Source of the DNA: Eledone cirrhosa
Taxonomy: Eukaryota
Assembly (NCBI GenBank): GCA_964016885.1
Contig: OZ024746.1
Coordinates: 40,920,001 to 40,984,000 of the forward strand
Direction of reading: 5' to 3'
DNA length: 64,000 nt
Shown: positions 1 through 12,015 of the stretch, in pieces
Layout: the number at the start of each line of letters is the position of its first letter
Numbering within the stretch: the first letter of the stretch is position 1
Notes under the pieces: generated by a model
Told to the model about the DNA's origin: nothing
Database searches by the model: none
The model's input: the letters and a program-made list of their open reading frames with translations, nothing else
Made by a program: the position numbers and the translations under genes

Positions 1-826
1 CCTCACAACCCTCCCAGGAATAAATGAGAGAAATAGTAGTAGTAATGGTATTATTGAATGTTATAATATGATGCAGTATTTTTCCTCATCCATATTATTG
101 ATATGAGATGAACTTGCTTAACCTAACATTCCCATAAGGCAATACAGTAATGGTATTCAAAATAATTATCAGTATTAACAACTCATTACAAAGATCATAT
201 CACAAGATAATATTAACCAGCATTGAGGTTAGCTTTGCCTTACATCCTTATGAGGTTGATAAAATAAAGTACCAGCAGTGTACTGGGGTCAATTTAATTG
301 AGCCCCCCCCCCCCCCCCCCCCCATCTCAAAATTGCTGGCTTTGTGCCTAAATCAGAAACCATTAATTATACAGAAAAGGACAATTATAAAACATTATTG
401 ATGTTTTTATATTCACTATTCCATGCTGGCATGGGTTTGGACAGGATGGTTTAAGACAATGTTTTACACTGTGATGCTCTTTCTGATGTCAACACTTTCA
501 GTCGCATCTTATGATACTGGTGAGAAGAAGTTATCCTCAAATTGGAGACCTAGGCCAAATACAACAAGGTATCACATCCAACACTTATATTTCTGCTAAT
601 CTGCCACATTAGACTGATACTTTATTTTATCAACTTCAAAAGAATAAAATGCAAAGTTGATCCAGTGCAATGATCTACTACAAATACTACAAAACATTTT
701 GTTCTATGTTGTAATACTGTCAATTCACCACCTTTTAGGGAAAACCCAATAAAATACTAACATTCTAGTCAATATGAGATTTAACCCTTTTGATACCAAA
801 CTGGGCGAAACTGCTATTTATTTTAA

Positions 827-1031
827 CCCTTTAGCATTTACATTACTCTATATATATTATGGTATTTTTGCAATAAAAGATTTATCTCACATAATATTGA
901 AGCTACGAAATTTTGATATTTACTTTGAGAACAATACCTTAACATCAGTATGAGTGGCTGGTTACAGCCAGTTTGAACATAAAGAGGTGAGAGAATTCTG
1001 GCTGGATATGGCCAGTTTAAATGTTAAAGGG
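827..1031 (+). mobile_element. piggyBac-type MITE, family A (14-bp TIR CCCTTTAGCATTTA, TTAA target duplication), nested in an older MITE (about 781-1158)
   Basis: TTAA|CCCTTTAGCATTTA...TAAATGTTAAAGGG|TTAA; the same sequence recurs about 12 times in the window. Confidence 0.8.
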
Positions 1032-1989
1032 TTAAAGTGTTTATATTTATCTAAAAACTGTCCATTATAATTTTATCAATGAACTTTTGTTAAGTTATGC
1101 TCCAAATTTTATTATTTTCAGGCAGTCTTTTATTAGAAATATAGCAATGAAAGGGTTAGTATTACAGAATCTGAAGACAAGCTTCTAGTCAAGGCAGATT
1201 ACTCTCAATCAAATATTACATCTTTGTTCAGTAGATCAAGCATCTCTTAGTATATCTACACAAATCCTCATCATTTAACAACTATTCTCCCTTGCTGGCA
1301 AGGGTTGGACAGGTTATCACAGATCAAGTCAGTTTTTACTTAGAGCTATTGGCAGAGTTGTTAGAACATTGGATAGAATGCTTTGTGGTATTCGTTCTGG
1401 CTCTCTAAGTTCAAATCTTGCCGAAGTCAAGTTTGCCTTTGATTCTTTCAAGGTCAATAAAAAAAAGTATCAGTCCAGAACTGGGGTCAAGTTTTCCTCT
1501 CCTTCTCTGGAAGAAATCTGCTATGTTCAGAACCAGAGAGAGATGGGATCCACCACATAAAAAATGCCCAAGAAACGCTGTATGCCACCTCCTAGGCAGG
1601 TCAAATAAGACAATACAAAGCTGGACACACCCCACATTATATTAGCTCCGGCAGTATATTGTGGACTGTGCCCAGTTATCCATGTTGGCTAGGGTTGAAC
1701 AAGGGGGTGAATTAGAGATGTGGGAGCATATTTTTCTATATCAACATTGGTTGGATGAGGAAGGTGAACTGGAGATGAGGGTGGAAGTACAATGTTGGGC
1801 GAGGAGCACATCTTTCTAAGTTGGCATGGGTTGGACGAGGAAGGGGGTGAAGGATATGAGTGGAGGTGTATTTAGATAGTGAAGAGAAGGGATAGTTGTT
1901 GAGGAAGGTGGATAGAGGGGTTGAGTGGGAGTGGAAAAAATGTTGGCTGACAGGAGCCTTAATATCACTCTACTTCTCTGCTGACCCCA

Positions 1990-2895
1990 TGCTTGTTTCA
2001 TCCAAGCCGGCTGAGGAGGAAAGTCTTCTGTTGTACATATCACTTCCTTTGTGTGCTTCAGCTGCATGAGGTCAACCTTCACCAAATCATTCCAAATTTT
2101 CTTAAGTCTTCCTTTTCCACATTTTCCATCAACTTTCAGTACCCTGCATTTCTTTATGTAACTGTAAACTGCCAAAGACATCACATGTCTATACCAGTAG
2201 TCTTCCCTCTTACAATTTGCATCTAATCCCTGTTATACATAGCTCTTCTGTCAGTTTGAAAATGCTTCCCCATTCATGCACTGCTATTACATATCCATTG
2301 AAGGATGTTAGCTTCACTCTTTCCAATCTTTGATATCTACTGTGCTCAAGGCCTAAGTCCCACATTCATGCAATCTGCCTTTCATCCTGAGGAAGAAACC
2401 TTTTGCAGTCAGCAAAGATAGTGGTTTTCTGAACTTTTTCCAGTTAGTTCTCACTCTAGCTGCTGTACTTTCAGAGCATCCAACCTCACTGTTGATTAAA
2501 TCACCAAGGTAACAGAAGCTGTCAACTATTTCTATGGAGCCATCTAAGTATTTGGTAGAGCTTGTTTCATGTAATGCTCCCTGAGATCCAGATACATCTC
2601 TGGTGTACCCATTGTTGACATTTTGTACAGTGTATGGGATTTCTACCAATTCCTTTTTTGCATATTGAGCATGGACATTTCCGTGAAGAAATTAGGGTAT
2701 TGCCATCTTTCCACTTACTAGAATTTTAGTCTTCGCTAAACTGACTTTCAGGCTGTCCGCTTCCAAATCTGGAATCTCTGCTTTAATACTTCTGTGAATT
2801 CAGCTATGAGAACTAGGCCACCTACATATAGATGTTCCGTGGACAGCCAGTATTAAACTACTCCATTATGTCCTAGAGGACTATAATGAACAGAA
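1990..2895 (-). mobile_element. Decayed RTE-type LINE fragment (RT C-terminal part)
   Basis: Peptides IEIVDSFCYLGD..CSESTAARVRTNWKKFR and CRVLKVDGKCGKGRLKKIWNDLVK match the better preserved copy at 51676-52897. Confidence 0.8.
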
Positions 2896-4846
2896 GCTAA
2901 TATTTGAAACATATTTTACACACCATTTGTTTGCAACTATGAAATTACATTCTAAAAATAAATAATGAGAGAAAGAAAAAGAGAGAAATGAGTTTCGTAA
3001 GACATATACGGACAAAAAAAAATATTAAACTATTGATTTCACGAAGTACAGAAAATAAATTATTAAGTGGCATGTGCTATGTGTGGAAACAAGTTGTGAA
3101 TTATAGGAAGGAAATACAACAGTGCCGGTCGGAAGTTGAGCATGTAGTTTCGTCTCTGATCGAACAGACTTGTGATTTAAAGGCGTTCAAGTCTTGATGT
3201 TTTCATTGATAACGTAATACCGAACTGCATTATCTTTTATTGCGTCATTTTTTAAAGCAGGAGATTGTGATCTGAGAGATTTTATTAGTATTTCTAGCAG
3301 GTTGAGCGACCACGAACAGGATCCATCGATGGTTCGTAAAAGTAATTAGTGATAAATAAAATCAAAAGTGAGTATAAACTGCTGATAGGCGAGTTTTAGA
3401 AATTACTGAAAATTAATTACAACCAATTAGGATAGTGAATATGTACAATTAAATATAGTAACAGCGTTATTAGTAAAGAATTTAAAAACATTATCAGCCA
3501 AGAGAGGAAAGATTTCCGGACATGTAATACATGTGAAGCATTTAATTATTTCATATACATTATCTGCTCTTGAACGAAAACGTTTTTTCAGGGAAACATG
3601 TGTAAATTGTGATTAAATCATTGCACTTTTATCTACTTTATTACATAGATCATGTACTTACAAAAAAAATTTCAGATTTAAAACTGGAAATCGTCCACAA
3701 TAATTTGAAACTTTTGGGGTCTCGATTTGTCTGTTTTTACATATGTTTGGCAACAACTGTATCGATAGGCCTGACTAAAACTGATGTTTATTAGTTTTGA
3801 ATTCTCATTTTATTTTATCTCATAAATATTTTTGAGAACATTAATTAGATAAGGAAAGTGTGAATCTTAAAGGACTGCTGCAGGCTATAACGGTAAATAA
3901 CAAAATAAAATAAAAAAATCACCAACGGTCAATATCCATTATTTCAATTTGCTACGAAGGAGCTTTTATGAAGTCACTCACCCTGTTAGAAATAACAGCC
4001 AAATCTCCGACAAACCCAGTCAAAAGAGCATGTTGGATATAGTGAACTTGTGTTCTCTGCACATAGGTAATAATGGGATGGCCACGACTGGAATGCCTTT
4101 GATGATGTTTTGCACGGGACCAAACAACATTACTTTGACGACCAAAGGTCAATACTCATTATACTGACATAACTTCGTAAAACAACCATATCGTCACTCA
4201 ATAAAAAGATTATTATATTATTATATCGCAGGTAAAACCATTTGGAATGTTAAGTTAGAAGAAAAAGAAGAGCGAGAAGTGATAAAGTTGAGGATAGAGG
4301 TGGTGTTTTGGAGTGACAGCTTCACAAATATTTTTGCAGGAAATTTAAATCTTCGGTATAACAAAAAAAGAATCGAACACTCATAATCTTAGATTCACGC
4401 GGTATATTCAAATTATCTTGAAAACTCTCTCTCTCTGTATATATATATATATGTGTGTGCGAATGAATAAATAAATATATATATATATATAGAAAGAGAG
4501 AGAGAGAGAGAGCAATATCATCAACGGAAGAACATTTTAAATTGGTGGCTCGTTAATGTATTCTGTAAATGATTCTATTAAATTATGTTACACACTTCTA
4601 GTAAATATATATTATCATTTTTGATAGGGGAAAATGTGACAAAATTTAATATTTTTAATTGGATCTATATACAACATTTGAAATAACTACACACATGCGT
4701 TGCATGAAAATCCGTTATTCCCAACTGTTATATATACATGAAGCAAGGACCACATGGAGAGAGAGAAAGAGAGAGAGAGACGGTTGGTAGTTTGGTGTGG
4801 TGTGTTTGTAAACATAGTTAGTTGCAGGCGATTTTGGTAACTGAAA

Positions 4847-4991
4847 GAAAACAATTATTAAAACCAAACCCCCAAAATAATAAAATAAAATAAAACTGTC
4901 CCCATAAACATCTTTGATGAGAGAAAACAATTATTAAAACCAAACTCCAAAAATAATAAAATAAAATAAAACTGTCCCCATAAACATCTTT
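4847..4991. repeat. Local tandem duplication of about 76 bp
   Basis: GAAAACAATTATTAAAACCAAAC...CTGTCCCCATAAACATCTTT occurs twice in tandem. Confidence 0.85.
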
Positions 4992-6182
4992 CAATCTCTC
5001 TCTCTCTTACTAGCTGTCATAGATGGATATTTGTTTCAAGATAGATAGAGAGAAACAGCATTTTTTAAATGATGTATTTTATTGTAAGTTTGAAAACCAA
5101 ATCATAAATTAATTATATTAATGCAACAAATAACAACTATTATTCAATAATCAAAATTAACTGACTTAATGAAATTTGAAACAGCAATAAACAAGTGGCG
5201 TATTCAAGATGTTCACGAAAATTTGTCAAAGGGATTTTGTTGTTTAGCACCAGCGTTCCAGCTATGACTGTTCCACCTTATTTTTAGACAGCATGCAGAA
5301 TTATTCCACGTAATTTTAGAAAGAGGTTACGGTGTAGTTTGTGGGGAAGTTGACTGGTATCTCTAGCAAGTCGAACGAACACGTAGAGGATCCATCGTTA
5401 GTTTTTCTTTTTTTTCTCTCTCTCTTATGCACAATGCTAAATTTGACAACTGCCGAGATTTTATAGGGAAAGGACATAGCTGACCGACTCATGAGTGTAT
5501 TTATTACAGGTGTCGTTTAGATAGATCATGAGGTGACGAATGGATCGTTGGCACCGGTATTACTTTCCTATTTCTATGTTCATACCGGTTTGACCTTGTA
5601 TTTTGTTGCCGATAAACTTAGTACAAGTAATGTACATCTCAGTACATTACAAATCAATAGAATTATACTGGCCAAGTAAATAAAAAAATTGGACGAACAG
5701 CTCATGTATATTGTTAAATGTTTCGTCGCATAATTTAGCAAGATTTTCCGATAAGGATTTGGGACGATCAATCACGAAATTAGCGGTAAGTTCTAGTCAT
5801 TATGACTAACACGAAATTTTGGACATTAGCAATTCCATCAGTGAAAAAATGGAGTAAGATCTGCCTAATAAAAACATTACAACTATTTTATAAATATTTA
5901 AATGATTATAACAAATCTGGAAAATTATCTAAACAAAGATCAAATGAAGATAGTATAAATTGAGAGTTGGGTAGAAAATAACATGACCTAAAATGACCTG
6001 TATAGTACATATGATAGGAGCACCTGCGTAAGCAAATTAATTTACTCGCTCCATACCGATCAAGACCAAGCACATTCACAGCGAGGGAACTTCTCTAGGA
6101 AAACTAATTTCAGGATCAACAAGAGAAGGATCCAAAATAAATACTTGTCAAATATCACTTTGAAAATGTGGGATGGACTTAC

Positions 6183-6514
6183 CGACAGTTTTTTACAACA
6201 CAACCTATCGTAGCTCCATTTCGACGGCAGAATGTACATTTCAAACGCGATCCTCTAGATTTCTCTTTCCAGATATCTCCTGGTAGAAACCCGAAGATCC
6301 CGTCTTCTTCTGTTTTACCTTTTTGTGAAAGCCCACTAGAAAAAAGCATACAGAAATAATGGACTGTCATCCTGCACTTTTGCACTTTACGGCCGAAAAT
6401 TTCTTCGTTGTCATCAGTTGTCTCACAAAACAGACACATATCAGAATATTGAAATGCCTCATCTTGATTCTTTTTCTTTTTCCCCTTTCGGTTTGGACGC
6501 CCAGGTGATGTCAT
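6183..6514 (-). CDS. First coding exon of a PHF7/G2E3-like protein (extended PHD finger)
   Basis: CLFC...VHYFCMLFSSGLSQKG..EDGIFGFL..DI.KE..RGSRLKCTFCRRNGATIGC is the PHF7/G2E3 ePHD signature; basic N-terminus; ends at donor CG|GTAAGT (6183/6182); downstream exons not located. Confidence 0.85.
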
Positions 6515-6544
6515 GTTGAACGATAATGATTATACTTCTGTCCA

Positions 6545-6640
6545 ACTTCCCGCCATCTACGATCTCATACATTTATGACGTCACAACAAACCCCTCACAA
6601 CGAGGTTTTAGTAATGGTTTACAAAAATAAAAACCGGAAC
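6545..6640 (-). promoter_or_regulatory. Probable proximal promoter of the PHF7/G2E3-like gene
   Basis: YY1-like AGATGGCGG (minus, 6550-6558), palindromic CRE TGACGTCA (6576-6583) and ETS-like ACCGGAA within about 125 bp upstream of the ATG. Confidence 0.5.
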
Positions 6641-7779
6641 GGTATAAGATTAACTAAATTAAATTATATTGTTTTTAATATATATAAATATTTCAAAATA
6701 TGTAAAAGAAACCTTGTTAAAAATCATTTGATATAATGGCTATCATATTATGAAATTCGTATAGACAAATTGTGAACCTCATTCATTAATTTTAAAGATT
6801 ATAATACGTTTCGTTTTTCGTATTCTAATTTTTGGTAATTCCTGACGAGCTATTAAAACAGGGAAGTATGGTGTATATAGTAATCGCAATTATCAACAAT
6901 GTTTCAATTCAAATGTTCAAGTTTTGTAATTTCTCAAAGTTCTAATATATTTTAACAGCTTATATATCACTAAGTTAATCTATAACCGCAAAAAAGACAT
7001 TATTCGACGGCATAAAATGTCTTAGAGACCGAAAATATCCGACACTCAACGTTTCACTATTGTTTCCGTTCTCAGATTATTTCCTTACTGATCAAGCAAT
7101 TAAATAATAATAATGATATGAATATTAATTTATCTAAGGGTATTTACAGCAACTAATAGTTTTAATTCATCTATATAGACAGATACACTAATAAAAAAAA
7201 CTACTTAGTATCGTCTCAACATTTACCGTCTGCTAATTTTCACTTTGCTTGTCTAACTCGCGCGCAATTTTCTTTCTTTTCAACCAAATATATTCCTACA
7301 AATTCTATACATGGTTTAAATGTTCTTAATTTTTTTGCCAAATTGCAAATGATATGTGAATTCTTAATTATCGTGTTTGTGAAGTAAATACAACGAAATC
7401 TGTTTCTCTATATAAATTATAACCCTAAATGTAGTTTTAATTAAGATAGCCAACTTTTAAAAATTGAAATATAGGACGGGGAAGGGATCGCTCTGGCGCT
7501 TTGGAGGGAACAGGAGAATCACTTTAAAATTATTTAGGTTTTTCCCTACCTAGAGTGTTTAAAAGAAAATTCTGAATACATTTAAATAATTAGGAATGAT
7601 GTGGATATATTTAATTTTCCTTTTTCTATTTTAAAACTAAAAATGCTTTGTTGATTGAGGTACCATGCGGCACAACAATTTGAAAAATAGTTTATTAATA
7701 AAGCATAGAAGAAAAAGAAAAGAAATTAAACAACATAAAGAAGGAAAAAGTGGGAGGGAGCGACAGAATCGATGCCCCG

Positions 7780-8950
7780 GTCTGAGGGTATCTTTCAGCA
7801 GCGTACTATGGACAAAATGGCAAAGGCATCGTCACGAAGAATGGTCAGCGACACCCACTGGGAAAGCTGTGAAGGAAAATGACCGCTCGGGGATCTTGAC
7901 GGTAACTGGCTTAAAAAGGAAGTGGTCTGATAAACCATGGTCTTTGACCAGTTTGTCTCTCCTCTGCACTGCGAGAAGCAGTAAGACCGGAGGCAGAGAA
8001 CGGGTCGCAGCACGTGGCATCCCCAATTAAAGTGGTTTGCTGATCGAGTCCATGGTAAGTGAATGAAGTGTGTCTCAGAAAGTCAAAAGAATTGTTGGTG
8101 TGAGGTCTTGCCATGGTTGATGAAACCAGTAGTTGTAGTCGCTTTTTGTGGTAATGTGATATTGCCGTGGGGGAAAATATTGATAATGAACAATGGAAAA
8201 ATATAATTATGTGTTCTAAAAGTAGTGAATTCTATTAACCTTTGGTCGATGTGGGTGTGCATGGCCCAAACAGACGACCACATAAATCGGAACTGCCTGG
8301 CCAGCTTGGAAGCAAGCTAGTGTCTGTGGCAGAGTAAAGAGGCATAGTGTACTTGCTGAGGTTAACATTTCTTGTATTTATAAGGATGAGTTGCTCGGAA
8401 ATATTAAACAGATGGCCTTTGGTAATTTCCTTTAAAAAAATGTAGTAAATCTAAATGGCGACATTGTTAGTCTGACTTAAGTTAAAGGTCAGTGTGTGTT
8501 GATAATGTGACTATTTAAGAACATGGGGGAAAATCTCTTTGATGTTTCGCTACACGTAATTGAGCCTTAAAGAATCTCAGTTTTATACCAATTTGTATAA
8601 TTAAATAAAATATATAATAATTATCTGTGGTCAATGAATAATCGCTGGATATCTTCAACAATATCAAATACCTAAATCGACGGAGAGGATCATATGGTGT
8701 TATGGCCTGTCACATGATTTGGCATGAGTGAATAGAAACTCGTGTAAAATGCTAGCTTAGTAATTTTCTTACTGTGGTCAGAGAATGAATTGTCAAAACC
8801 TTGATTTGTCAACTTGCCAAACTGTAAGTTGAAAATTATTTTATTTGGGAGAGTAGGGCACACATTGTAGTCTGGGATATTGAATACCCAGGTGATGGTT
8901 TTGTGAGTATGTGGTGCATACGAGAATTTTTTGACGTCTTTATTACCGTG
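7780..8950 (-). mobile_element. Highly decayed Penelope-like element, 3' part (linker, GIY-YIG, 3' UTR)
   Basis: ITWVFNIPDYN...KITKLAFYTS parallels WYNPVYN...TIRLSYST of the PLE at 41 kb; downstream remnants IG..FFK..RVAKHQRDF..TLSTH and EQLILINT..CHRH. Confidence 0.55.
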
Positions 8951-9821
8951 TCCGTCATTTATTACTTGTCCTAAGCTTCGTTTGACTGCTCTGGAGCGTT
9001 TGCTTTTTCGCTTTTTGTCGAAGGGGTGCGCCCCGATGGCCAGGCGGTCCATCTGCTGTCAACGCCCGCTGCATGGAGGACTGGACATGCCGCGACTGAT
9101 GGTGTTCAGACATGCGCTGAGATTACATCTGATTTTCCTCGACGATGAACATGTGTGGTCGCCTTTGCTTGGCACGTTTTTCTCCAGCTCGTCTCTTTGA
9201 CGAAGTTGAAATCCTGGGTCAAACAGAAACCGAGAGGGAGCGCTTGGAAACTGGAATGTCTTCAAGCTCTCGCAGCCCTTTGCCAATCGGGCATTGCGAT
9301 CGGTGGAAACTCCACCGTGACGTTCTATAGAGGGTTAGTAATGAGAAAAAGCGATGACATTCTTGGGGAAACTCTGGGCGTTGACGAAAACCAACTAACC
9401 ATTCTCTTCAGGAGGACTTTCAGTCTAGGGTCAATGGATAACTTCCAGAAATCCCTGGCCTAACAGTGCTACCGGGAGCATTGTCAATTCAAGATAAACT
9501 TTACAAGCATGGAAGTGCCGTCAGCCAAGCATGTTCGTGATGCGCGCGGGGTGAAACCGTCCTGCACGTATTCGTCCAATGTCCGAGTATCGCTGACTTG
9601 TGGGTTTATGTCGAACATCTGCTGTCGCGTGTTGGACGAATCCAGCTATCAGCTGAGTCCATCGTGAAGATCGCCCCGCTGCCCTCCTTTAACCTGGTGG
9701 CCATGGTGAAAGAGGTCGTATCGTGGACGCGTCTTAAAGGGTTGAAGACGGGCACTTTCCTCTTCGGCGACACTCCCATTAATTTTTTCAGGATTCACCT
9801 GAAAAGGAAAATCATTGCAGC

Positions 9822-10530
9822 ACAGAGTCACGACCCGAGTTCAAATCCCGCCGAGGTTAACTTTGCCTTTCATCCTTATGGGGTCGATAAAATAAAGCAC
9901 CAGTAATGCACTGGGGTAATTGCTGTTAGGGCGGTGGATTGGCAGATTCGTTAGAACTCTTTACGTTCTGAATTCAATTTTGCTTTTCATCCCTCAGAGA
10001 TCGACAAACTAAAGAACCAGTTAAGTACTGAGGTCGATATAATCAATTTTTCTCTTTCTCCAAAATGGCTGGCCTTGTGCCAATGCTAGAAACAGTTATC
10101 ATTGCTGTTATGAGAGATTGGCAGAATTGGTAGAGCGTCGGACAAATGCTTAGCATATCTCGCCGAGATCAACTTTGCTTTTCATCCTTCTGGGGTCGAT
10201 ATAATCGACTTTCTCCTTCCTCCAAATTCTGGCCTTGTACCTATGTTAGAAACCATTATTATCATTGCTTTTTCTAACAATTTTTTAGGCAAGCCAGCAC
10301 ACTAGCAGTGTTACTTCGGCCGATGCGCTGGAACAACCAATTTTTGTGTATTATATTTATATCGGTAGAGGGTCGGACGCCATGCTTTACAGCATAGTTA
10401 CGTCCCTTTACAATCTGAGTTCAAATCCCGCCGAGGTTGACTTTGCCTTTCATCCTTACGGGGTCGATAAAATAAAGTACCAGTAATGCACTGGGTAATT
10501 GCTGGCCTTGTGCCTAAAGTAGAAACAATT
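9822..10530 (+). mobile_element. Cluster of tRNA-derived SINE family A copies and fragments
   Basis: Repeated GAGTTCAAATCCCGCCGAGGTTAACTTTGCCTTTCATCCTTACGGGGTCGATAAAATAAAGTACCAGT core with A-box-like TGGCAG..TCGGTAGAGCG heads. Confidence 0.85.
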
Positions 10531-10782
10531 ATATTTATAAGGTTCCTAGCAATAATTAATTGTAAATATTATTTGTGTTTATATTTTCATTATAATCAAT
10601 TCGTAAAGTTATTTATACAACTGTGAGGAGAAAAAATATGCAATGAGGTATGAACATAGAACATAAATATAGAGCTTGTTTTTTCAGTTGCAAATTTACA
10701 TTTTGCTAATGTTGACTTTGCTTTCCATCATTTCGAGACCTATAGAATAGGTACCAGAATAGAGAGAGGAATTTAAGTTGGT

Positions 10783-11480
10783 ATCATCATTAGGCTCCAT
10801 GCCTTGCCCTCCTTCTCCACTGGCACGCAGTTAGACAACCATAGCCTGCGCATCGGCGTTTCCCTGAGGCTCGGCATCCGGATCTGCCAGCCACACCCAT
10901 GTCGTTGCGGTTCCACCGTGGACTCTTTCGGCCTCCACCCACTTTCCTGTCGCCACAGTGCCGGCCGCATTCCACGCCATGCTGCCCTCAACAAGGTCAT
11001 TAAGCATGGCTTGGACGCTGCAGGCTTCCCTTCCCAGCTCGAGCCGGTGGGGCTGGATCGAGGGGACAGCAAAAGGCCAGATGGCATGACCATCTTCCCG
11101 TTCGGCAGTGGCAAACCCCTCGTTTGGGATGCCACTTGCACCGACACTTTCTGCAGCCGCAACCTGGTGCAGTCTGCGACTGACCCAGGTTCTGCTGCAC
11201 GTCGGGCTGAGGGTGCCAAACTCCTCAAATACCAGTCGCTCTCCGACAGGTTTGCGGTCGTACCCCTGGCAGTGGAGACTTCTGGTGTCCTCGGCCCCAG
11301 GGCTACCTCCTTACTCACCACCATAGGCGCTGAGCTGGCCAGCCGCAGGTGTGAGCCCCGCGATTTGGAGTGGCTCTTTCAGCGCGTCTCCTTCCGAGGA
11401 AACGCCTTCTCCATTCTGTCCGCCGGGGCTGTGGGTGGGCCCCATCGCGTACCGTTGTAGTTGTTGTAGAAGAAACAGGA
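10783..11480 (+). mobile_element. 5'-truncated non-LTR retrotransposon, CRE-like C-terminal zinc knuckle plus restriction-like endonuclease
   Basis: 218-aa open frame with CRCG..D.FGLHPLSC (CCHC), RH..LN, RPDG..WDATC.DT, K..KY, AVETSG; GC-rich. Confidence 0.8.
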
Positions 11481-11694
11481 AGACAACATCTAAACTAAAA
11501 CTTTAGATTGTATCTTCAGAAAAACTTATTATTAATCGTTCTAAGAAAGCAATAATATAAAATTGCATCCGGCGGCACCACAAATCTATCCGCATATTCT
11601 GTGAATGCCCATGAAAATAGACATGGACATCACAATTTTGTATTTCCTCGTCTCTTGAAATATAAATCCTATGAGATATATAAAAACAATAGGA

Positions 11695-12015
11695 CAATAA
11701 GGGTAAAGACCTCCCTTCGGTCACGAGTGACCATGGCATTAGCACCTAGAAAGTTGCTCTCTGAGATACACAAATCCGTGCCAGGTCGTTTGTGGAAGAT
11801 CAGCAGTCACCCATGTATACCAGTCTCCCCTCTCCACGTCACCGATGTTGTCCAAGGGAAAAGTTAAGGTCGATACAGCTTGGCACCAATGACGCCGCAA
11901 CTCCTTTTCTGCAGCTGAGTAAACTGGAGCAGCATAAAATAAAGTGTCTTTTTCAAGAACACAACACACAACCCGGTCCAGGAATCGAACTCCCGATTGT
12001 AAGCCATGCGCCTTC
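11695..12015 (-). mobile_element. tRNA-headed SINE (family B head/core)
   Basis: Minus strand GGCGCATGGCT..GAGTTCGATTCC (B-box)..TGTGTTCTTG..AAGACACTTTATTT..TGCTCCAGTTTACTCAGCTG; core shared with copies near 15310, 19570, 22280, 44750, 47460. Confidence 0.75.

Noticed and set aside
3949-4170. Possible second exon of the PHF7/G2E3-like gene (minus-strand donor GG|GTGAGT near 3981)
   Set aside because: None of the minus frames gives the expected H-x-x-C continuation of the PHD finger
10360-10530. tRNA gene suggested by A/B boxes
   Set aside because: No cloverleaf; the boxes are heads of multi-copy SINEs
10773-11324. 183-aa minus-strand ORF
   Set aside because: Antisense shadow of the GC-rich CRE-like frame
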